A stretch of 32,862 bases of DNA from an uncultured Pseudomonadales bacterium (GTDB lineage Bacteria; Patescibacteriota; Microgenomatia; UBA1400; CAYNFZ01): NCBI GenBank assembly GCA_964392715.1, contig CAYMQI010000006.1:1-32862 (forward strand), read 5' to 3'. The notes under the pieces are model-generated. The model ran no database searches and was not told where the DNA came from. It was given only the letters and a program-made list of their open reading frames with translations. Below, one piece after another: positions 10,451-18,238 of the stretch. Position numbers and translations under genes: made by a program. Each line of letters starts with the position of its first letter. Position 1 is the stretch's first letter.

Positions 10451-11220
10451 TCTCTCGCGACGATTTGATTGATTTTATCCACCGGACCCTTGGCCAAGAT
10501 TTGCTCAACCAAGCCGCCGTCAAAGACGATCTGGCCAACGGCCCTCAAGTCTTAGGTACGGATCAAGTAACCAAAGTCGCCCTTGGGGTCAGCTGCAATC
10601 AAGAGTTTCTTGACAAAGCAGTGGCGTGGGGAGCACAGGTTTGTATTTTTCATCATGGCCTGGATATCAGGTTCGAGAAGTTCCGCTTTCCCCTCTATAC
10701 CCAAAACCGCCTCCGCGCCATTTTCCAAAACGACCTCACCATCCTGGGCTACCACTATGCTCTGGATGCCCATCCCACCATCGGCAACAACGCTCAGATT
10801 ATCCAAACCTTAGGGGCTAAAATCACCGGGTCTTTATACCAAGACTGGGGTTTTATCGCAGAGTTTGATCAACCCCTAACCATAACTCAGTTAGAAAACA
10901 AATGCCGAAAGCTGTTCGGCCAAACTATCAACTTTGCCGGAAAGCACCAACATGTTCGCATCATTGGTGTAGTCTCCGGAGCCGCCAAGCCATATCAGTT
11001 GGAAATTGAAGAATTGTTAGAAAATAACGTCCAAATTTATATTTCCGGAGAGAGTTCTGAGTCCACTCCACACAAACTCACCGAGCTTGGCATCGGCTAT
11101 ATTCTTGGTGGTCACTACGCCACCGAGACTTTCGGCGTCAAAACTTTGGGAGATGAAATTAAAAAACATTTCCAAGACAAATTGAAGGTTAAGTTTATTG
11201 ACATACCCAACCTTCTTTAG
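10447..11220 (+). CDS. NIF3-family dinuclear metal centre protein
   Basis: 257 aa. VALGVSCNQEFLDKAV..GAQVCIFHHGL, GYHYALDAHP..GNN and GGHYATETFG are NIF3 signatures. ATGA overlap with the lysS stop. Confidence 0.85.
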   Translation: MISRDDLIDFIHRTLGQDLLNQAAVKDDLANGPQVLGTDQVTKVALGVSCNQEFLDKAVAWGAQVCIFHHGLDIRFEKFRFPLYTQNRLRAIFQNDLTILGYHYALDAHPTIGNNAQIIQTLGAKITGSLYQDWGFIAEFDQPLTITQLENKCRKLFGQTINFAGKHQHVRIIGVVSGAAKPYQLEIEELLENNVQIYISGESSESTPHKLTELGIGYILGGHYATETFGVKTLGDEIKKHFQDKLKVKFIDIPNLL

Positions 11221-11772
11221 TGATTGAACACACAGAACAACAGATATACTCATATCTTTCACAACGAATTAACACATTTCACATAGAACAATAATTACTC
11301 AATTCCAGTCAATTACAAGCTATTCACCCAAAAAACCTTAGATTATACTATTTCAATTGTTAGCTCTTGTCATTGTCTAGGCCGACAACTCTCCAAGGCT
11401 ATAGGTTATTTATATATCAATCTCAATCAAACAACATCTATAAAATACAGGTGTAGCCAATGCACACACTTATATTATATTGACATATCAATCCTTATTT
11501 CGTTATTACGTCCGTAGCACTCTCCTCAATTATCTGCTTACATCCTATAGTGATTGTTGGTTGCTTTAGCCACATATAACCCGAAGACAATTTCGCCCGC
11601 TCCAAACCCTGAAATTGATTACGAATCCAACCATAAAAGTATCCGCAAAAATTGCAACGAAAAAAAAGTCGCTTATATCAAATCATTTTCCTACACTTTC
11701 ACACCCCAAGCAAATGAATCGTGAAAACTCTGTGAAAATTAAGTTCAAACAAATTGAACAAATTTTACCGAC

Positions 11773-11801
11773 TTGACAACGTTTTTCCGACTTGCTAATT
11801 T
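11773..11801 (+). promoter_or_regulatory. Candidate promoter for the FN3 gene
   Basis: TTGACA (11773-11778), 17-nt spacer, TAATTT (11796-11801). Flanked by the direct repeat CCGACTTG x2. SD AAAGGA at 11837-11842. Confidence 0.3.
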
Positions 11802-11847
11802 GATATGAAATTATCAAACTTTCGCTAAATCAGCAGAAAGGATTGAC

Positions 11848-12588
11848 ATGAGAAGAATTATTTTTTCGTTAGCTTTGGCAACCTCAGCGCTGTTTGCTTC
11901 TGCCTCAATAGCCCTGGCCGCCTCATCTCCCCATATTAACAAAGCCTTCTACAAACAAAACGGCAACGTTTACTTAAGCTGGCAACAAGTCGAGGGTGCC
12001 AAATACCACATCTACTACGGTCCCTCCCAAAATCAATCTGAATACGCCGTCGAAGTTTTTGAGGGCAACATGACCATAGGCCATCTTTTCGCCGACACCC
12101 GTTACTACTTCACCGTCAAAGCCATCACTCCTGAGGGTGATACCTTCTCTCAAACCGTCTCAGTCTGGGTTGGCAGTGACGCCAGAGGCGGCTCACAGGT
12201 TGGCCACCAAACCGTCAAAAGGCAAGTCACCACCAAGCCTTACGACTACCAAAGCGACGACATGATTGCCCACGACACCGACTTGAAGGACGCAGATATC
12301 TCCACCGGCAAGCCCGGCATCGGCGCCATTAACCTGCGCACCGTCAACGGCCCCAGGAGCAAAGAGATTACTCTCTTCTGGAACGAACCGTCAGTTGCCG
12401 ACCACGGCGACTACCGCATCATCTACACCACCAACCCCCACGCTTTCCCTAGGGGCCAATGGGGCGTAGTTGCTCCGTCCACTGCCACCTCCTACACCAT
12501 CGGCTACCTCCAAAGGGGCGCCCGCTACTACTTTAAGGTCATGACTGACCGGACCGAGTCACCCTGGATCTCCGATATCGCCCTCTGA
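11848..12588 (+). CDS. Secreted protein with two fibronectin type III-like domains
   Basis: Signal peptide MRRIIFSLALATSALFASASIALA. Two FN3-like units (YLSWQQVEGAKYHIYYG...TRYYFTVKA and ITLFWNEP...YRIIYTT...ARYYFKVMT). Confidence 0.75.
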   Translation: MRRIIFSLALATSALFASASIALAASSPHINKAFYKQNGNVYLSWQQVEGAKYHIYYGPSQNQSEYAVEVFEGNMTIGHLFADTRYYFTVKAITPEGDTFSQTVSVWVGSDARGGSQVGHQTVKRQVTTKPYDYQSDDMIAHDTDLKDADISTGKPGIGAINLRTVNGPRSKEITLFWNEPSVADHGDYRIIYTTNPHAFPRGQWGVVAPSTATSYTIGYLQRGARYYFKVMTDRTESPWISDIAL

Positions 12589-12607
12589 TCTAACTCTAAA
12601 GCTCAAC

Positions 12608-12630
12608 ACCCGCTCGCATTGCGAGCGGGT
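12608..12630 (+). terminator. Strong hairpin after the FN3 gene
   Basis: ACCCGCTCGC att GCGAGCGGGT: perfect 10-bp stem with a 3-nt loop. Followed by TGTCGTG, a poor U-tract. Confidence 0.5.
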
Positions 12631-12658
12631 TGTCGTGCTCCCAATCCCGATATAAAAT
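12630..12658 (+). promoter_or_regulatory. Candidate promoter for the HD-domain gene
   Basis: TTGTCG (12630-12635), 17-nt spacer, TAAAAT (12653-12658). Same -10 hexamer as at 15242 and 22620. Confidence 0.4.
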
Positions 12659-12713
12659 GCCTTGGTCAGCCACACCTACACCTGATAAAAAATTTCTGAA
12701 AGGACTCCAAACC

Positions 12714-13265
12714 ATGACTCGAGATGAAGCCCTGGCTATCGTTCGAGAACACGTCAAAAACAACAACTTGGTCCGCCACATGCTCGCCGTCGAAGCCGCC
12801 ATGGCTGCCTACGCCAAAAAACTCAAACAAGACGAGCAGCGTTGGCGTATTGCCGGCCTCCTCCACGACTTTGATTGGGAAATTCACCCCAGTTTGGAAG
12901 AACATCCCCAACAGGGAGCCGAAATCTTAAGGAGTAGGGGAGTCGACGAAGATATGATCCAGACAGTCCTTTCCCACGCCGACCATACCGGAATCCCCCG
13001 TGACAACCTGATCAAAAAAGCCCTCTTCGCCTGCGACGAAATTACCGGCCTAGTCACCACTACTGCCCTCGTGCGCCCCAGCAAAAAGCTTTCCGACGTC
13101 CAAGTCAAATCGATCAAAAAGAAATGGAAAGACAAAGCTTTTGCCAGGGGTGTCAATCGGCAAGATGTCGAAACAGGTGCCAAGGAGTTGGGCGTCGAAC
13201 TCTGGGATCACGTCCAAACAGTTCTCGATGCCATGAAATCCATATCCGATGATCTAGGCTTATAA
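12714..13265 (+). CDS. HD-domain metal-dependent phosphohydrolase
   Basis: MTRDEALAIVREH...LVRHMLAVEA.M...AGLLHDFDWE...SHADHTG. HD motif in LLHDFD. SD AAAGGA upstream. The ORF-track start (TTG 12630) lies inside the terminator/promoter, so ATG 12714 is preferred. Confidence 0.8.
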   Translation: MTRDEALAIVREHVKNNNLVRHMLAVEAAMAAYAKKLKQDEQRWRIAGLLHDFDWEIHPSLEEHPQQGAEILRSRGVDEDMIQTVLSHADHTGIPRDNLIKKALFACDEITGLVTTTALVRPSKKLSDVQVKSIKKKWKDKAFARGVNRQDVETGAKELGVELWDHVQTVLDAMKSISDDLGL

Positions 13266-13306
13266 CTTGCCTTAATACTTAACACCCAACCTTTAATACT
13301 GTTCCT

Positions 13307-13771
13307 ATGGCAGCTGATTCCCACAAAATGGCCCAGGGTTCTCTGGGATTGCCCGTCAACAAAAATGGGGAGTTTCTCATCACCCTAAGAAACGAGCCCC
13401 AGCACCCAGAAACCCACAACAAGTGGCAGGTTGCAGGCGGCGGTATTGAATTTGGTGAAACCCCAGAGCAAGCCCTCGCTCGCGAAATGCAAGAAGAACT
13501 CTCCGTGTCAGTGCGCCTCCTCTATCCCCAGCCGATCGCCAAAACCCGGGTCTGGCGCCTCAACAATGGCAGTTATCACATTTTGCTGCTTTGTTACTTG
13601 GTTGACATCGGCATCCAAACCCCCAAAGTCGATGGCGAGGAAAATCTTGAATATCGCTGGATCAAACCAGCAGACATTCATGTTCTGGAATATCTACCCT
13701 TGACCGATGATTTTATCTTTGAAGCCGAAACCCTAATCAAACGGCACAATTTGTTAGCCAAAATCTCCTAG
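13307..13771 (+). CDS. NUDIX hydrolase
   Basis: Nudix box GGGIEFGETPEQALAREMQEELSV (GX5EX7REUXEEXGU). Confidence 0.88.
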   Translation: MAADSHKMAQGSLGLPVNKNGEFLITLRNEPQHPETHNKWQVAGGGIEFGETPEQALAREMQEELSVSVRLLYPQPIAKTRVWRLNNGSYHILLLCYLVDIGIQTPKVDGEENLEYRWIKPADIHVLEYLPLTDDFIFEAETLIKRHNLLAKIS

Positions 13772-13783
13772 GCTTGGCCTCCT

Positions 13784-13827
13784 CACCTGTTACCTGTCAC
13801 TTGTTACCTCGCCACCTTGTTACTTTG
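13784..13827 (+). repeat. Three tandem ~15-nt units in the NUDIX-serS spacer
   Basis: CACCTGTTACCTGT / CACTTGTTACCTCGC / CACCTTGTTACTTTG, ending at the TG of the extended -10 element. Confidence 0.75.
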
Positions 13828-13834
13828 ATATAAT
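13826..13834 (+). promoter_or_regulatory. Extended -10 promoter element TGaTATAAT, 6 nt before the serS ATG
   Basis: TG 13826-13827, TATAAT 13829-13834, spacer TCTCCC, ATG 13841. This geometry puts the transcription start on the A of ATG. Confidence 0.5.
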
Positions 13835-13840
13835 TCTCCC

Positions 13841-15076
13841 ATGCTCGATATCAACTATATTCGTGATCACGCCGACGACGTTCGTCAGGCAGCCAAAAAC
13901 AAAAATCTAAACCCAGACGTAGTTGACGAAGTTTTGCGCCTCGATGGTAAACGCCGTGAACTTATCATCAAAGTCGAAGAATTAAGGGCCGTCAAAAACA
14001 AACTCACCCGCGATCAAGTCGATGAAGGCCGCCGCTTAAAGCAAGAACTCAAAGACATCGAACCTGAACTTAAACAAGTCGAGACTGCCTACACCGACCT
14101 GATGCTCCAAGTCCCCAACCCTCCGGCCGAAGACGTTCCCATCGGCCCTGACGAATCAGCCAACAAAGTCATCAAAACTTGGGGCGATACTCCCAAATTT
14201 GACTTTAACCCCAAACCGCACCACACCCTCGCCGAAAACCTAGGCCTCTACGACGCCAAACGCGCCGTCAGGATCGCCGGCAACCGCGCCTACTTTCTAA
14301 AAGGCGACCTCGTCCTGCTCGAACAGGCCATCCTCAACTACGCTCTCGCCAAAATGGTCGCCGCGGGCTTTACCCCCATGACCGTCCCTTGGCTAGTCAA
14401 TCGCGACACTTTAGTGGGCACGGGCTACTTTCCCTGGGGCGAGGCCGACCACTACCAAACCCAAGACGGCCAAGGCCTAATCGGCACCGCCGAAGTTTCG
14501 CTGACAGCCTACCACACCGGCGAAACCCTCTCCTACAAACAGCTTCCCACGAAGATCTGCGCCGTCTCACCTTGCTTCCGCCGCGAAGTCGGCTCATATG
14601 GCAAAGACACCCAAGGCTTTTTCCGCCTCCACCAATTCACCAAAGTCGAGATGGTCGTCTATACAGAGGCTGACGAAGCCCTCACCCGCCAAATGCACGA
14701 CCAGATGTTGGAGATCTCCCAGTCTCTCCTCCAAGAGCTCAAACTTCCCTACCACATTCTGCTCATGTGTACCGGCGACATCGGTGCCGGCCAAAGGAAA
14801 AAATACGATATCGAAACCTGGTTCCCGAGCCAAAACGCTTACCGAGAAACCCACTCTGATTCATACTTCAACGATTTTCAATCACGCCGCCTAAACATCC
14901 GCTATCAAGATAAGTCGGGGACAATCAAACACGTCTACACCCTCAATAACACCGTCGCCGCCACTCCAAGACTGCTGGCCGCCATTCTCGAAAACTATCA
15001 ACAAAAAGACGGCTCCATCAAAATCCCCGAGGTCTTGCAATCCAAGATGGGCAAGGAGATTATCAATGGCAAGTAA
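13841..15076 (+). CDS. serS: Serine--tRNA ligase
   Basis: 411 aa. N-terminal coiled-coil arm (MLDINYIRD...) and class II core (GTAEVSL, FRRE.GS.GKDT.G.FR.HQF.KVE, TLNNTVAAT.R). Confidence 0.95.
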   Translation: MLDINYIRDHADDVRQAAKNKNLNPDVVDEVLRLDGKRRELIIKVEELRAVKNKLTRDQVDEGRRLKQELKDIEPELKQVETAYTDLMLQVPNPPAEDVPIGPDESANKVIKTWGDTPKFDFNPKPHHTLAENLGLYDAKRAVRIAGNRAYFLKGDLVLLEQAILNYALAKMVAAGFTPMTVPWLVNRDTLVGTGYFPWGEADHYQTQDGQGLIGTAEVSLTAYHTGETLSYKQLPTKICAVSPCFRREVGSYGKDTQGFFRLHQFTKVEMVVYTEADEALTRQMHDQMLEISQSLLQELKLPYHILLMCTGDIGAGQRKKYDIETWFPSQNAYRETHSDSYFNDFQSRRLNIRYQDKSGTIKHVYTLNNTVAATPRLLAAILENYQQKDGSIKIPEVLQSKMGKEIINGK

Positions 15077-15212
15077 AGAGAAAGAAGTCACAAGTTGGCG
15101 CGAAACTGCCAAAAAACTGGGGCTTCTAGGACTTGTTGGCGGCTTTCTTATTGGCAGCAACGCCCTAATCACCGCCGGCGCTTTGTCCCTGGCCAGCTCC
15201 TACCTCCTTTAA
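15066..15212 (+). CDS. Small (48 aa) predicted membrane protein; not in the ORF track
   Basis: MASKEKEVTSWRETAKKLGLLGLVGGFLIGSNALITAGALSLASSYLL. Perfect SD AAGGAG (15053-15058) lies 7 nt before ATG 15066. Start overlaps the serS stop. One clear TM helix. Confidence 0.45.
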   Translation: MASKEKEVTSWRETAKKLGLLGLVGGFLIGSNALITAGALSLASSYLL

Positions 15213-15218
15213 CTTCGA

Positions 15219-15247
15219 TTGAGTTCCCCCTCCACTCAGGTTAAAAT
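15219..15247 (+). promoter_or_regulatory. Candidate promoter upstream of secA
   Basis: TTGAGT (15219-15224), 17-nt spacer, TAAAAT (15242-15247). The 11-mer CAGGTTAAAAT is identical to 22615-22625. An alternative TATACT (15277-15282) lies 6 nt before the ATG. Confidence 0.4.
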
Positions 15248-15288
15248 CTCACCTCGATCCTACACACTTGATACTTTATACTAACTCC

Positions 15289-18072
15289 ATGCTCCAAATC
15301 CTCACTAAACTTTTCGACACCAACGCCAAAGAGCTCAAAAAACTCTGGCCCATTGTTGCCCAAATCAACACTTATGAATCGGAGTTCAAAAAACTCAAAA
15401 AATCCGACTTCAAAGCCAAAACTGCCGAGTTTAAACTTCGTTTGGAAAAAGGCGAGACTCTCGACGACCTTCTTCCCGAAGCCTTTGCCCTGGTCCGCGA
15501 AGCCAGCACCCGCACCCTCGATCTTCGCCACTACGACGTCCAACTTATCGCCGGCATCGCTTTCCACCAAGGTAAAATCGCCGAACAAAAAACCGGCGAG
15601 GGCAAAACCCTCTCCGCCACCCTGGCCCTTTACCTAAACTCGCTTGCGGGCCTGGGCGCCCACTTGATCACCGTCAATGATTACCTGGCCCAAAGGGACG
15701 CCGGTTGGAACTCTCCCATGTTCGACTTACTGGGAGTAAGTGTGGGCGTGATCATCCACGACCAAGCCTTTATCTACAACTCCAACTATCAAGGCCAGCA
15801 AAGGGGTGATTCGCGCCTCGAACACTTGGAGCCAATCACTAGAAAAGAAGCCTACACCGCCGATATCACCTATGGCACCAGCAATGAGTTTGGCTTTGAC
15901 TACTTAAGGGACAACATGGCTCCCGCTCTCGACCAAATCGTCCAAAGAGGTCACCACTTCGCCATCGTCGACGAGGTCGACTCTGTCCTCATTGACGAAG
16001 CCCGCACTCCTCTGATCATCTCTGCTCCCGACACCGAACCTACCGAAAAATACGTCCGTTTTGCCTCCATGGTCCAGGAATTGGTCCGCGACTCCGACTA
16101 CGACCTCGATGAAAAATTAAGGACCGCCACCCTAACCGATTATGGCGTCAAAAAGCTCGAGACACACCTGGGAATCGACAACCTTTACGAAAAAGACTAC
16201 GACACCATCCACCACATCGAACAGGCCCTCAAAGCCCACTCGCTCTTTCGCAAAGACCGGGACTACGTTGTTAAAGACGGCCAGGTGATCATCGTCGACG
16301 AGCACACCGGCCGTCTCATGCACGGCCGCCGCTACTCCGACGGCCTTCACCAGGCCATCGAAGCCAAAGAAGCCGTTCCCATCCAGAAAGAATCCCGTAC
16401 CCTGGCCACCGTCTCGATCCAGAACTACTTCAGGATGTACCACAAACTGGCCGGCATGACCGGCACCGCCGAAACCGAAGCCGAAGAGTTCAAAAAAATC
16501 TACAACGTCGACGTCCTCATCGTCCCCACCAATCGCCCGGTCGTTAGAACCGACCACAAAGACCAAGTTTACAAAACCACCCGCGCCAAATACGCCGCCA
16601 TCGTCCGCGAGATCACCACCCTCCACCACACCGGCCAACCCGTGCTTATCGGTACCCGCTCCATCGAACACAACGACATCGTCGAGAACTTCCTCAAGAA
16701 GAAAAACATTCCCCACCAAGTACTAAACGCCAAAAACCACGAGCGGGAGGCCCACATCATTGCCGGCGCCGGCTCCCCAGGAGCCGTCACCGTCGCCACC
16801 AACATCGCCGGCCGGGGCGTCGACATCGTCTTGGGCGGTGCTCCTCCCGAAAAACCCGACCCCAAAGCCCCCAAAAAAGACCAAGCAGCCTATCAAAACG
16901 CCCACCAAATCTGGCAGGAAAAACACCAAAAAGTTTTAGACTTCGGCGGTCTGCACGTCATCGGCACCGAGCGCCACGAGTCCAGAAGAATCGACAACCA
17001 ATTAAGAGGCCGTTCCGGCCGCCAAGGTGACCCCGGCTCTTCACGCTTCTACGTCTCTCTCGAGGACGACATCATGCGCATCTTCGGCGGCGAGCGCGTC
17101 GCCGGCCTCATGACCGCCCTCAAAATTCCCGAGGACCAACCCATCGAAGCGAGCCTGGTCAGCCGCGCCATCGAACAAGCCCAAGGCAAAGTCGAAGGTT
17201 TCCACTTTGATCAAAGAAAACATCTGGTCGAGTACGACGACGTCCTCAACAAACAAAGGGAGATTATTTACCAACGCCGCCGCCACATCCTCGAAACCGC
17301 CGAAGCCGACACTGGTCTTGAGGACAAAATTCTAGACACTGTCAACCAAGAAATTCAGCTGATCGTCGGCGCCCGCGCTCTCGAGGGTTTAACCGATGAG
17401 GAAATAAGCGCCATCATCAAAGAATTTATCACCATCATTCCCTTTGACGACAAATCCGGCCAAAACCTGCAAAAAGCCCTTAAAATCGACCCAAACCCCG
17501 ACAAAATCATCCGTAAACTCCAAAAAATCGCCACCGACCTCTACCAACAACGCAAGCAAAACATCGGCCAAAAAGCTTTTTCACAACTGGAGCGCTGGAC
17601 CATCTTAAAGACCATCGACGACCTCTGGATTGACCACTTGGATAACATCGACAGCTTAAGGGACGGCATCTGGCTTAGGGGCGACAAAGACTCTGCCCTC
17701 TCCGCTTACAAAAAAGAGGCCTTCGATCTGTTTGAATCCTTGATCAACACCGTCAACTCCCAGGTTGCCCGCCGCATCTTCCGCGTCCAGTTCACCGCCC
17801 CCACTAGTAACTCTCAAGTCGTCCAAACCAAACACCAAGAAGAACCTAAAACCGCCAAAGAACCGGCCAGGGCCACCATCGCTGCTGCCACCGGCAACCC
17901 CTTCGCCGCCGCCCTGTCCAAGGCCAAAGCCGTCTCTCCAAACGCCCCCTCCGCCCACAAAAAAATTGGCAGAAACGACCCCTGTCCCTGCGGAGCCATC
18001 AATCCCAAAACCGGCCAGCCATACAAATATAAAAAATGTGGTCTTATTGGGGCTCCGTATCATCAGGGGTGA
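15289..18072 (+). CDS. secA: Preprotein translocase ATPase SecA
   Basis: MLQILTKLFDTNAKELKKL..., Walker A QKTGEGKTL, DEVDSVLIDEARTPLIIS, TNIAGRGVDI, ERHESRRIDNQLRGRSGRQGDPG. C-terminal Cys-rich motif CPCG...KKC. ATG 15289 preferred to the track TTG 15268. Confidence 0.96.
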   Translation: MLQILTKLFDTNAKELKKLWPIVAQINTYESEFKKLKKSDFKAKTAEFKLRLEKGETLDDLLPEAFALVREASTRTLDLRHYDVQLIAGIAFHQGKIAEQKTGEGKTLSATLALYLNSLAGLGAHLITVNDYLAQRDAGWNSPMFDLLGVSVGVIIHDQAFIYNSNYQGQQRGDSRLEHLEPITRKEAYTADITYGTSNEFGFDYLRDNMAPALDQIVQRGHHFAIVDEVDSVLIDEARTPLIISAPDTEPTEKYVRFASMVQELVRDSDYDLDEKLRTATLTDYGVKKLETHLGIDNLYEKDYDTIHHIEQALKAHSLFRKDRDYVVKDGQVIIVDEHTGRLMHGRRYSDGLHQAIEAKEAVPIQKESRTLATVSIQNYFRMYHKLAGMTGTAETEAEEFKKIYNVDVLIVPTNRPVVRTDHKDQVYKTTRAKYAAIVREITTLHHTGQPVLIGTRSIEHNDIVENFLKKKNIPHQVLNAKNHEREAHIIAGAGSPGAVTVATNIAGRGVDIVLGGAPPEKPDPKAPKKDQAAYQNAHQIWQEKHQKVLDFGGLHVIGTERHESRRIDNQLRGRSGRQGDPGSSRFYVSLEDDIMRIFGGERVAGLMTALKIPEDQPIEASLVSRAIEQAQGKVEGFHFDQRKHLVEYDDVLNKQREIIYQRRRHILETAEADTGLEDKILDTVNQEIQLIVGARALEGLTDEEISAIIKEFITIIPFDDKSGQNLQKALKIDPNPDKIIRKLQKIATDLYQQRKQNIGQKAFSQLERWTILKTIDDLWIDHLDNIDSLRDGIWLRGDKDSALSAYKKEAFDLFESLINTVNSQVARRIFRVQFTAPTSNSQVVQTKHQEEPKTAKEPARATIAAATGNPFAAALSKAKAVSPNAPSAHKKIGRNDPCPCGAINPKTGQPYKYKKCGLIGAPYHQG

Positions 18073-18078
18073 AGCAAA

Positions 18079-18112
18079 GTCCTTCCAAAAGTCCTGAGCA
18101 CAGTCGAAGGAC
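18079..18112 (+). other. Hairpin motif CUGAGCA..GUCGAAG immediately after the secA stop
   Basis: GTCCTTC (18079-18085) or GTCCT (18091-18095) pairs with GAAGGAC (18106-18112). The inner hairpin reads GTCCT-GAGCA-CA-GTCGA-AGGAC and shares its unpaired consensus with 32394-32441. Confidence 0.5.
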
Positions 18113-18238
18113 GAAGGAGCAGAACCATCCCTTCCCAGACATGCCCTAGTCCTTTCTCACCCGCCCCAAAACAGCTAGACTGTCACCAAACGACTTTGCC
18201 CTACTTCATAATTCACTATTATTAATTCCAAATCCAAC

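Noticed and set aside
11221-11847. oriC, a tRNA, tmRNA, RNase P RNA or SRP RNA in the AT-rich island.
   Set aside because: There are no TTATCCACA-type DnaA boxes and no dnaA or dnaN nearby. No cloverleaf, GTTCGAATC-type T-loop, GGGGCUGA tmRNA start, or GAGGAAAGUCC RNase P motif was seen on either strand. A novel sRNA cannot be excluded, so that possibility is kept as a finding.
12630-12713. N-terminal extensions proposed by the ORF track (TTG 12630, 15268, 18772, 21543, 22624, 27840, 32408).
   Set aside because: The extensions translate terminator hairpins, promoter or repeat spacers, or the 3' end of the upstream gene. Internal ATGs at 12714, 15289, 18943, 21555, 22684, 27909 and 32453 give N-termini that match the respective families.
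17940-18072. Unusual SecA C-terminal zinc-finger spacing (CPCGAINPKTGQPYKYKKCG).
   Set aside because: Cys residues and basic residues typical of the SecA C-terminal Cys-rich motif are present (CPCG...KKC). The insertion is minor lineage variation and is not evidence of a new function.
17765-18097. Pro/Ser/Thr-rich alternate-frame ORFs on the + strand (also 2323-2583, 22009-22446, 23342-23695, 31821-32318, 14598-14894).
   Set aside because: They overlap well-supported genes in another frame. Their P/S/T/K-rich low-complexity products are the expected by-product of a C/A-rich strand.
18091-18112. Hammerhead-ribozyme resemblance of CUGAGC...GUCGAAG (also at 32397-32438).
   Set aside because: The hammerhead core needs CUGANGA, stem II, then GAAA. 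Here CUGA is followed by GC(R), and the 3' element is GUCGAAG. The conserved G8/A9 and the GAAA are missing, and no stem I/III arrangement with a UH cleavage site can be drawn.
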